The notes under the pieces are model-generated. The model saw nothing but the letters and a program-made list of their open reading frames with translations. It was not told the origin of the DNA and searched no databases. 64,000 nucleotides of DNA from an uncultured Candidatus Saccharibacteria bacterium (GTDB taxonomy: Bacteria > Patescibacteriota > Saccharimonadia > Saccharimonadales > Saccharimonadaceae): the NCBI GenBank assembly GCA_963553085.1, contig CAUVLR010000001.1:5342-69341 (forward strand), given 5' to 3'. The translations under genes were made by a program, and so were the position numbers. How positions within the stretch are numbered: position 1 is the stretch's first letter; each line of letters begins with the position of its first letter. Positions 23,197 to 31,063 of this stretch are shown piece after piece.

Positions 23197-26100
23197 TACC
23201 TCACCGGCAGATTAGTTACTTGCGTCGTGGTTAAACCTTCCAGCTGGTTGCCGGACGAGCCATTAGAGGTGGTCAGCCAGAGGTTGGGCGTGTAATTGAT
23301 CCACTCGGCAGTCGAGGAAATCCTATCGGTCTTCCACTGATTATCCTCCTGTAGATTACCTGCCCCGAAGGTACGACGGAAGATCGGTGAATTCTCAGAG
23401 ACGATAGCGCCATTGACCTTGAGCTTGTGCTGGCATTTACTATTCGGTAGCATACCTAAGTCAGCTGGATTCTTAGCATCCTTGCAACTCTCGAAGTGAT
23501 CCTTCGCTACATAAGTACCGGTAATGAGACTTACTCCAGGATTAACTTTAATGTTCTTAGCCATGATGGTGAAGCTGGGAATATCAGACAGATTAGCGTA
23601 AGGACCGGCATAAGCATCGATCTTACCGGTAATAGTGACATCAGCCTGCTCAGCAAAGATAGTAATGTGTGTACCTTTGCCCAGATCGCCATGTATCTTT
23701 AGAGACCCACTGCCGGCTTTATAATTACCACTTTGCAAACCACCTAGATCAACGTTTGATCCACCTGATAATGGCGTAGTGTTAGTTGAGCTAGGCATGG
23801 ACAGAGACTTCTTTAGGAGGCCGGCTGGCTTAAGCCACTTCAGATCGTTACAATCACCCTGGGCTTTATCCGTATTAGCATAGCTAAGCTTACAGGCTAG
23901 ACTGCGGTATTTGTCATACGCTGTGGTATAGCCGGCTGAGCCAAAGTTGACCACGCCGTCCGTGTCGCCGGTCAGCAACCCATACTGCGAGTAGGAGCCT
24001 CGCTTATCAGTGCCGGGGACCTTATCACTCTTGCTGACACTAGCACCTTGGAAGCCCTTATTAGCATAGCTATCTGAGCCGGATAGGTTAAGGTTGGGAC
24101 TCTTCGTCACCACAGCACAAGCAATGTTGCTAGCTCGGAAAGTATCAGCTGACTGGTCATTCCTCACACTCCAATTATTGTCAACAGCGATGTAAGAGCA
24201 GATCTTATCGCCGGGCTGAGCCAGCCAGCCACTACCGTATATGCCATACGACTTAGACCGCATGTTACTACCGCCGACATTAAGGACAACGTCCTCATCA
24301 TCTCTACCAGTGTCCCAACCGACGCAAGGATCAATTTGGCCACTCCAATATTGCCCACCTAAGCTACGACCACCTCTACAGCTAACGCCCTTGCCGTCCC
24401 AGAACTCAGGATATGTCGGACGATCATCTTTGTCTGCGGGCAACGATGCCCCTCTCTTCAGAATAAAGGTATAATTGTGATACCGGAACGGTCTCGTCTT
24501 AGTCGGACCGGTAGGGTTCTCTACCATGTAGTCGAAAGTAACCGTGTCGCCCGCTTGAACTTTATCCTGTTTAGCTATGGTGGTTGGTACGATACCACTA
24601 CTCTTATCTTTGGGTCCATCATCCGGCGGCGGAGGATAGTGATAAGGAATATAGACACAAGCCTTAGGAGTTAAGCGTTGTTTCCAGCCGTTGTATTCCC
24701 AGCTCATCCGCAACCACTGACAGAGAGTCTGTCCCGCATCACCCGGCTTAACCACATAGCGATAATGTCTGGTTACCGCCTCTCCTTCTGATATCCGCCG
24801 ATTAAACGATAAAACATTATCATAACACTCTCCACCCCAGTCATAGCACCCCCACATTATTTGCCGATGGTCGCTACCGTTAAGTGGACCGCCTCGATCG
24901 GCAGGTCGAAACCAATTGGATCCCTCCTCCGGCTTCGGCTCAGTCTGATTCCAGCTCTGACCAAGTGGGCGAGGGTCTATCCAACCTTCACGAAGGTTAG
25001 TAAAGTCCATTTTCATTTCTTCGGGGACTATATAACCGCTAGAGTTATAAGCTCGGAACCACCAAGTCAGCTCATCACCCGGGTAGAGTTCAGCTTTATG
25101 GTGGTTATTATCCATGACAGCTTTCGGAAGGCTTCCTTTAACGTGTGGATAGTTGCCCGTCCAAGTCCAGAGTGTATTAGGTGTATTAGGTTTATTAGCA
25201 CCAAGATAGCCCATGACCTCAGCTATACTTTTGTCATTTTCTTTGCTGTTATACTTGCCATACGAAGAAAGCCACTTGTAGCCGGTCCTCGGTTTTTTAG
25301 AATCGCCAGTGGGCTTCTTTGTGAAATCAACGGTGGTGCGCATATCAACTTTTGGCTCGCAGGTAATGTTGTAAAAGATGTTGTCAAAAGGCAGCTCATA
25401 CTCAATCAAGTTATTTTTCCAGACATTGTCGATGACAATCTTATATTTATGATCTGGATACATCATCATTTCCACGTATAAGACCCCGTTTTCACCCATG
25501 CAGCCATGACTACCGTACACACCATCATCACCTGCACCGAGCTGACCGCACTGGTACTTAGGGTCGTTTCCATCATAGTAAGCTACTCTCCTGCCATTAT
25601 CTGACTCATCATATACACTAACACTAAGAGGCTGCTTACCATTATTGGTACCCCACCAGGGATACCAGGTATCCAGATCATAAAGTCTCAAGTGATAAGG
25701 CGAACCCGGTCCTCCGAGATGGGTCGGCTCGGTAAAGCTACAAGGTAATGCCATCTGCATTTCCTTCCGCTCATGCCCGATAATATCCCCCATTCTGTCG
25801 TTATACCGAATGCTAGCCTGCGACGCCCTACCGGTCGCATAGGCAATAATACCGTCACTCCTATCTAATTGCAGCTTAAACTGAAACAAACTGCCTATTA
25901 AGGAGGCACGTATCCTAGCCTTCCAGTAGCCAGTTGAACTATCATACCAAAAATCTCCAGTGTTGACAGTAAAATGACCATCACCGTAAATACGAGCTCC
26001 ACCATTAAATACAGCACCAGAGCTCCAATCACCGGGACTTCTGTGTATGTCAAAAACTTTCACCCCTACGTCACTATCGGGTTTATCCTTAAAATACACC

Positions 26101-26303
26101 GGCACTTCAAGTTCTGTGTATGGGTGAGTTGAATCTTTGGTCAGGTTATATCTATCATCCGGGCTACTGGGGCCGACATTGGACAGCGCCATGGTGACCG
26201 ACCCACGTGCTATAGATATAATCATTGTAACTGCCACAGCTAGGAACACTCTATTTAGCCAGACAAGCCAGCTCTTACGATTAATAATCTTTGCTTCCAT
26301 CAT
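23193..26303 (-). CDS. Large (1036 aa) N-terminally anchored protein in the minor-pilin operon; candidate pilus-associated adhesin
   Basis: Single N-terminal TM or signal segment, rich in W/Y/G/N/D, no recognisable catalytic motif. Call based on operon context only. Confidence 0.45.
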   Translation of the reverse strand: MMEAKIINRKSWLVWLNRVFLAVAVTMIISIARGSVTMALSNVGPSSPDDRYNLTKDSTHPYTELEVPVYFKDKPDSDVGVKVFDIHRSPGDWSSGAVFNGGARIYGDGHFTVNTGDFWYDSSTGYWKARIRASLIGSLFQFKLQLDRSDGIIAYATGRASQASIRYNDRMGDIIGHERKEMQMALPCSFTEPTHLGGPGSPYHLRLYDLDTWYPWWGTNNGKQPLSVSVYDESDNGRRVAYYDGNDPKYQCGQLGAGDDGVYGSHGCMGENGVLYVEMMMYPDHKYKIVIDNVWKNNLIEYELPFDNIFYNITCEPKVDMRTTVDFTKKPTGDSKKPRTGYKWLSSYGKYNSKENDKSIAEVMGYLGANKPNTPNTLWTWTGNYPHVKGSLPKAVMDNNHHKAELYPGDELTWWFRAYNSSGYIVPEEMKMDFTNLREGWIDPRPLGQSWNQTEPKPEEGSNWFRPADRGGPLNGSDHRQIMWGCYDWGGECYDNVLSFNRRISEGEAVTRHYRYVVKPGDAGQTLCQWLRMSWEYNGWKQRLTPKACVYIPYHYPPPPDDGPKDKSSGIVPTTIAKQDKVQAGDTVTFDYMVENPTGPTKTRPFRYHNYTFILKRGASLPADKDDRPTYPEFWDGKGVSCRGGRSLGGQYWSGQIDPCVGWDTGRDDEDVVLNVGGSNMRSKSYGIYGSGWLAQPGDKICSYIAVDNNWSVRNDQSADTFRASNIACAVVTKSPNLNLSGSDSYANKGFQGASVSKSDKVPGTDKRGSYSQYGLLTGDTDGVVNFGSAGYTTAYDKYRSLACKLSYANTDKAQGDCNDLKWLKPAGLLKKSLSMPSSTNTTPLSGGSNVDLGGLQSGNYKAGSGSLKIHGDLGKGTHITIFAEQADVTITGKIDAYAGPYANLSDIPSFTIMAKNIKVNPGVSLITGTYVAKDHFESCKDAKNPADLGMLPNSKCQHKLKVNGAIVSENSPIFRRTFGAGNLQEDNQWKTDRISSTAEWINYTPNLWLTTSNGSSGNQLEGLTTTQVTNLPVRY

Positions 26304-26312
26304 AATAATTAA

Positions 26313-26891
26313 CTAGCCTATCGACTCTTTACCCTTCTCCCCCGATCGTTGGACATTAAGCTCTCTGTACTTATTGGCCTTATCCTGCTCATGTCTCTTG
26401 GTATAAATCTCCGATAACACACGAGCTGTGTCTGCGCTATGGAGTACATCCTCGGCCTTCTTAGCATAGACGAGCGACTTATCAAGCTTCATCTCCTTTT
26501 TATCGCTAAAGACAGATAGGAGCGTCGCCAGTTCTAAATACAGCTTCGCCTGCTTCTGCTTATCCTTGGCCTGTTTGATCTGACCCTCATACCACCAGAT
26601 AGCCGGCTTCTCTTTACCCTCGTAGATCAGCTTACCGGCATCAGACTCCGACTTGATATTATACTTGCTATACGCCAGGTAGTTCCCTAGCTGGTCGTCC
26701 AGGTCGGTGAAAGCGCAGATGCCGATGGCGACTAGCGCCAGGACTAAGACCACCCCCATGACGACTCGCCCGACCTTGAGCAAGCGTCCATCAGACGACT
26801 TCTTAGCGGGCTCAGCCACCGGTGAGTCACCCGACTGCACCGTGCCGGCTAATGACACCTCTTTGTTTATGTTGTCCCCACTTTTAACCAT
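26313..26891 (-). CDS. Membrane-anchored hypothetical protein with a helical, TPR-like C-terminus
   Basis: 192 aa with one TM segment. First gene of the operon. Confidence 0.4.
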   Translation of the reverse strand: MVKSGDNINKEVSLAGTVQSGDSPVAEPAKKSSDGRLLKVGRVVMGVVLVLALVAIGICAFTDLDDQLGNYLAYSKYNIKSESDAGKLIYEGKEKPAIWWYEGQIKQAKDKQKQAKLYLELATLLSVFSDKKEMKLDKSLVYAKKAEDVLHSADTARVLSEIYTKRHEQDKANKYRELNVQRSGEKGKESIG

Positions 26892-26927
26892 AACTATAAT
26901 TGATTATAGCATAGTCGGGCTGATTGC

Positions 26928-27029
26928 AAAGCCCAGCAGGATACAACGACTATTCTTATCTAAGGTGGGTCAATAAGTCATTACGCCCTCTCAGTAAACA
27001 GATTTAGATTGGTATCAGCTGGACAGGCC
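26928..27029 (-). repeat. modI solo copy D1
   Basis: The reverse complement starts GGCCTGTCCAGCTGATAC and ends GTATCCTGCTGGGCTTT, the same ends as the stem-loop nested in elA copies 2, 5a and 5b. Confidence 0.75.
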
Positions 27030-27186
27030 GGAAGTTTTCGGCAAGGAGTGACCGTGTGTTATGTAGCCTGATGAGGAGTCAAGGCATTTGTAAAGAAAAG
27101 TCAATAGGCGCAGCGTGAGTGTGCTAAGAATATTTACATTGATAGTATAATATGCTAGTATCACTACATAAGGTAGGAGTAAAGCT

Positions 27187-27885
27187 ATGAGCAATAAAAG
27201 CGAGATCAAGAGACTACGTGAGAGCCTCGGGCTCAGCCAGCAACATATGGCTGATACGCTGGGTATGAGCCGTCCCTCTTACGACAAGGTAGAGGCAGGG
27301 ACAAAGGAGCTCACCGTCGCCGAAGCCCGCAAGCTATCTGACGAGCTGGGAGCCAGCTTTGATGTCATCTTCATGAATAGCGAGCCAAGTGTCAGCTACG
27401 ACAAGGAGCGCTATAAAGAGATGATTCGTCGGTTCATCAGGTACGCCGGCGCAAATAGCGATGACAGAATCCCGAAGACAAAATTAGCCAAGCTACTCTA
27501 TCTCCTGGATTTCTCGTGGTATTACGACAATCTGGAGTCTGTAAGTGGGCTGCAGTACCGCAGGATTGCACAAGGTCCGGTACCGGACGAGTTCTTTCGC
27601 ACTGTCGAAGAGATGTATGATACGGAAGAGATCGATATCAAGCTCCGAGGCAGAGCAATGATGATCAGTCTGAACGAAGAGCTCGACCCGGCGAATGAGC
27701 ACCTCCTCTCCGACGAGCAAGACAAGCGGCTCAGAGAAATAGCAGCCCAATGGAAGACAGCCAACACACGAGCGATAGTTGACTATACCCACAGCCAGCT
27801 GCCATGGAAGTACTGCGAGCCAAATGAATTAATCCCATACGATGCCATAGTCCAGGAGGATCCCGACCATGTCTACCGGCGGTAG
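27187..27885 (+). CDS. XRE-family HTH fused to a Panacea (DUF4065/SocA-like) domain; putative antitoxin
   Basis: The N-terminal region RLRESLGLSQQHMADTLGMSRPSYDKVEAG is an HTH. The central region KLAKLLYLLDFSWYY...AQGPVPDEF matches the DUF4065 pattern. Confidence 0.7.
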   Translation: MSNKSEIKRLRESLGLSQQHMADTLGMSRPSYDKVEAGTKELTVAEARKLSDELGASFDVIFMNSEPSVSYDKERYKEMIRRFIRYAGANSDDRIPKTKLAKLLYLLDFSWYYDNLESVSGLQYRRIAQGPVPDEFFRTVEEMYDTEEIDIKLRGRAMMISLNEELDPANEHLLSDEQDKRLREIAAQWKTANTRAIVDYTHSQLPWKYCEPNELIPYDAIVQEDPDHVYRR

Positions 27886-28279
27886 ATATCTAGTGCAGTT
27901 TGACCCATATACGAAGAATCATTTCATAAAGAGCATCACCAAACGATACAGCAGTAGACAGTGGCAAGCCACCCGGAAATCTCTTGAGTTCGTACTGGAG
28001 CACATAGATCAGCACATTCTCACCGACAAGGCAAGGACGATCCACGCATCAGATGTCAGTCGAATCGTTAAGCTATATTTCAAGATTGCCGGGACTAAGG
28101 ACTCGGCAAGAGGGTCAGGCAACAGAGCTATAGTCTTCCTGGATGATACCCTGCACATCGCCAGAGTACTGCTGGTGTACTCTAAGAAGGAAATTTGCCA
28201 ACCTAACGAGACTGTAAAATGGCAGAAAGTGATCAATGAGCAATTCCCGGAGATTATGAAAAAGTTCCCCGGCCGCTAA
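27869..28279 (+). CDS. Putative toxin partner, family unassigned (possibly a RelE/ParE-like fold)
   Basis: 136 aa, overlapping the antitoxin gene by 17 nt. The strand-helix-helix-strand pattern (YLVQFDPY ... IVKLYFKI ... NRAIVFLDDTLHIARVLLVY) is only suggestive. Confidence 0.4.
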   Translation: MSTGGRYLVQFDPYTKNHFIKSITKRYSSRQWQATRKSLEFVLEHIDQHILTDKARTIHASDVSRIVKLYFKIAGTKDSARGSGNRAIVFLDDTLHIARVLLVYSKKEICQPNETVKWQKVINEQFPEIMKKFPGR

Positions 28280-28345
28280 ACAGCTACAGCTATCTATTAG
28301 ATTCTATTGCTAATGTCGAGGATAAAATCAAAAGCCGCCCCCTCT

Positions 28346-28440
28346 AAAATTGAGCATAGCACCGTGCGCACGGTGCTACCTCATGAGAACGATACCGAAG
28401 TGGCGTCCCCTACGGCGGAGAGGTGAACACTCTCCTATAC
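28346..28440 (-). ncRNA. Candidate ~95-nt small RNA of unknown family
   Basis: Lies downstream of a TTGACA-17-TAGTAT promoter. Three hairpins are present (GGAGAG..CTCTCC; GGGGACG..UUCG..CGTTCTC; the perfect palindrome 28357-28378), followed by AATTTT. Confidence 0.3.
28357..28378. terminator. Perfect 22-nt palindrome between convergent units
   Basis: TAGCACCGTGCGCACGGTGCTA. Confidence 0.45.
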
Positions 28441-28445
28441 GGAGT

Positions 28446-28474
28446 ATACTATCATCCGAGCCGGGTCATGTCAA
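28446..28474 (-). promoter_or_regulatory. Near-consensus sigma-70 promoter immediately downstream of the fpg stop codon
   Basis: On the minus strand: TTGACA (28474-28469), 17-nt spacer, TAGTAT (28451-28446). Confidence 0.5.
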
Positions 28475-28485
28475 TGCACGCACCG

Positions 28486-29361
28486 CTATTTATCTAGTAG
28501 TGGCTGGCAGTCCGGGCAATAGTGAGTGCCTCGTCCCGCTAGCTTGATCTTCCTGATCTCGTGTCCGCAACGAGCACAAGGCTGACCCTCTCGGTGATAC
28601 ACTCGAGCAAACTTATCCAGATAGTCGCCCCTACTTCCATCCGCTTTGACATAGTTGCGGGCCGTCGAGCCACCCGCCCGGAGCGACTGATTCATGATCT
28701 CGATGATGCTATCAAGCAAGCGATGCAGATCATCATCTGACAGCTGCTCGACTCTGGTCATCGGATTGATCCGGGCTAGCCACAAGCTCTCGTCGGCGTA
28801 GATATTACCGACACCGGCCAGCACCGTCTGATCCAGGATAGCCGTCTTGATCCGTGATTTCTGATGCCGACGCAACCGTGGTAAAAACTCCCGCCACGGG
28901 TCGCCCGACAGAGGCTCCGGCCCGAGCTTAACTATGCTAGCCAGCCGCATCACTTCACTAGTCGGATATAGCTTGATCCAGCCGAACTTACGCTGATCAT
29001 TAAAGAATAGCCTGCCGCCACCGGATAGCTCAAAGATCGTCCTGGTCGACTTATCCGGCAGCTCACCGATCATTGAATCATTCGGATGACCTGCCGCCCA
29101 CGCCTGATCACCCCTGTAAACTAGCTGACCAGTCATCTTGAGATGGATCAGTAAGGTGTAGCCGCTGGTCAGATCAATCAGCAGCATCTTAGCCCGACGT
29201 CTGACACCGGTAACGGTCGCCCCGGTCACCAGCCGGCTGACGTCTGCCGGGGCGATCTGAAGTGATTTATCGCACAAGCCGGTCACCTTAGTGATCTGCC
29301 GGTGAAGTATTAGCCCCGCCAAGCCACGACGTACCGTCTCGACCTCGGGTAGCTCCGGCAC
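28486..29361 (-). CDS. mutM: Formamidopyrimidine-DNA glycosylase
   Basis: MPELPEVETVRRGL N-terminus, H2TH region, C-terminal zinc finger CARCGHEIRKIKLAGRGTHYCPDCQ. Confidence 0.92.
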   Translation of the reverse strand: MPELPEVETVRRGLAGLILHRQITKVTGLCDKSLQIAPADVSRLVTGATVTGVRRRAKMLLIDLTSGYTLLIHLKMTGQLVYRGDQAWAAGHPNDSMIGELPDKSTRTIFELSGGGRLFFNDQRKFGWIKLYPTSEVMRLASIVKLGPEPLSGDPWREFLPRLRRHQKSRIKTAILDQTVLAGVGNIYADESLWLARINPMTRVEQLSDDDLHRLLDSIIEIMNQSLRAGGSTARNYVKADGSRGDYLDKFARVYHREGQPCARCGHEIRKIKLAGRGTHYCPDCQPLLDK

Positions 29362-29585
29362 TACTGCTCGCCTCTGATGAACTCTTTGATGACGTTATTT
29401 AGCTCGACGGCCTTTTGCTTCTCCTTGAGGCGTTTCTTGCCTGCCCGAGTTTTATCAAAGGCTAGCTGGCGGGTCAGGGCGATCTCGACATACTTTGACA
29501 ATGTCTCACCGGTGTCGATCAGATGCTTCTTGACAGTCTTGCGTAGCTCCTCCGGTAGGTAGATCGTGGTCTTCGTTCCAGTCAT
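29361..29585 (-). CDS. Ribbon-helix-helix (CopG-like) small DNA-binding protein
   Basis: 74 aa, TTIYLPEELRKTVKKHLIDTGETLSKYVEIAL. Its stop overlaps the fpg start. Confidence 0.5.
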   Translation of the reverse strand: MTGTKTTIYLPEELRKTVKKHLIDTGETLSKYVEIALTRQLAFDKTRAGKKRLKEKQKAVELNNVIKEFIRGEQ

Positions 29586-29655
29586 TATGTTGTTAAGTTT
29601 ATCATCATTGACGTCATAGCGTCAACCACCAGAGGTGAAATATAGAGCCTCGGCG

Positions 29656-30267
29656 TTACAGCGAGCGCTGAACTTCGTCAATGGCGGCCTTACTACCGGG
29701 CAATTGACCCAAGATCAGATTGGTGACAGCCGCACCGTTGCCGTTAAAGCTGCCCTCGATATCACCACAAGAGGTAGTCCACAGCTCAGACTTGCCATAG
29801 CTCCCGTTATCCAGGATAAAGTCGATCAGCTGGCCGGAGGCGCAGAGACCGCTGCTCTTCTGGGCACTCTTTTCGTTAGCCTTGATAAAGCCGTTATCGC
29901 CTAAGGCCGCCAGGAAGTTAGCAAATGCCTCCTTAGTATTACCTAGCTCCATCGTCTTGAGGACATCCTCTCGCCCATAGCCTTTATATATCACTAGCTT
30001 GCGCTGGTTCGGGGTGATGCTGGCGCTGATCTCATAATGACGCTCTTTGGCCAGCACCGGCCCTCGCACCTCCATACGCACCACCGTCGAGTCGGTCGGC
30101 TCTAAGATGCTATGGGTCACCTGCTGCTCCGGCTTCTTCGGCTCGTTCTTGCCACCAAAGATGGTCTGCGCCAGAAAGACTATCCCTCCGATCATCACCA
30201 TAGCGATCAATATGACTAAAGCGATGGCACCAAAAGGTATCTTAGTTCGTCTCATTACGCTTATCAT
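29656..30267 (-). CDS. Membrane-anchored hypothetical protein
   Basis: 203 aa, one N-terminal TM segment, no recognised family. Confidence 0.4.
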   Translation of the reverse strand: MISVMRRTKIPFGAIALVILIAMVMIGGIVFLAQTIFGGKNEPKKPEQQVTHSILEPTDSTVVRMEVRGPVLAKERHYEISASITPNQRKLVIYKGYGREDVLKTMELGNTKEAFANFLAALGDNGFIKANEKSAQKSSGLCASGQLIDFILDNGSYGKSELWTTSCGDIEGSFNGNGAAVTNLILGQLPGSKAAIDEVQRSL

Positions 30268-30329
30268 TGTAACGACAAACCGCTACGAGCGCAAACTTAA
30301 GCACGTACCGTCTAGCCCAAGACCTGCTC

Positions 30330-30662
30330 TTAGCCTTTCTCAAATAGTACTTTCACTCTCGCCAGAAGCTTTTCCAATAATTCATCCGGAATGTCTTCTA
30401 CATAGCGGTAATTTCTGGCGTTGTAGTCAATCGTCACCAGCTGATCCAGCAAAACCTTGCCCGTTGATACGGTGCCGTCCAGTGGCACGTAAAAAGGATA
30501 GCTTCGTCCAGTGTTACTAATCGGAGCAAAAATAGCGATATTGGAATACTTGGTGACTATACTGTGACTCAGACAAATATAAGGACGATATCCTCTTTGC
30601 TCATGCCCGGCCTTCGGGTCAAGGTTGATCTTAATGATAGATCCTTGCCGAACCATTACCAC
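30330..30662 (-). CDS. mazF: MazF/PemK-family endoribonuclease toxin
   Basis: GSIIKINLDPKAGHEQRGYRPYICLS is the typical MazF N-terminus. Confidence 0.85.
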   Translation of the reverse strand: MVMVRQGSIIKINLDPKAGHEQRGYRPYICLSHSIVTKYSNIAIFAPISNTGRSYPFYVPLDGTVSTGKVLLDQLVTIDYNARNYRYVEDIPDELLEKLLARVKVLFEKG

Positions 30663-30901
30663 CGCTCGTTCCCGGTACTCTTAAACACCACCGGAGTGAC
30701 ATTGACCGGCTTCCCCTTGTAGCCTCTAAAAAGCTCCTCCACCGTTAGCTCCGGAGCCTTGCCGGCTTTCTCCAGGATGATTTTATCCCTGGTGGTTTTA
30801 TAGTCCAAAATATCGTTCGGCTGTAGCTGCAACTGTTTCATCAGCTGCTTGGGCAATCGAATGGCCGAGCTATTGCCCCATTTACTAATCACTACTTGCA
30901 T
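30656..30901 (-). CDS. mazE: MazE/AbrB-family antitoxin
   Basis: VISKWGNSSAIRLPKQLMKQLQL (SpoVT/AbrB swapped hairpin). Overlaps mazF by 7 nt. AGGAG Shine-Dalgarno present. Confidence 0.8.
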   Translation of the reverse strand: MQVVISKWGNSSAIRLPKQLMKQLQLQPNDILDYKTTRDKIILEKAGKAPELTVEELFRGYKGKPVNVTPVVFKSTGNERW

Positions 30902-30961
30902 TACAACATCTCCTATTTACGATAAGCATTATAGCACATAAATATCATTATGTATATACAT

Positions 30962-31063
30962 AAAGCCCCAGCAGGATACATCGCCCATTCCCTGTCTAAG
31001 GTTAATCAATGAGTCACTACGTCTTTCCGGCAGGTAGTTTAATCCAAGTATCTGCTGGACGGG
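30962..31063 (-). repeat. modI solo copy D2, abutting the polA stop codon
   Basis: AAAGCCCCAGCAGGATACA...GTATCTGCTGGACGGGC aligns with D1 and with the nested copies. Confidence 0.75.

Noticed and set aside
29361-29585. RHH protein as an antitoxin of a third TA module
   Set aside because: The downstream overlapping gene is fpg, a DNA repair enzyme, and no toxin-like partner is adjacent. It is annotated simply as a small RHH DNA-binding protein.
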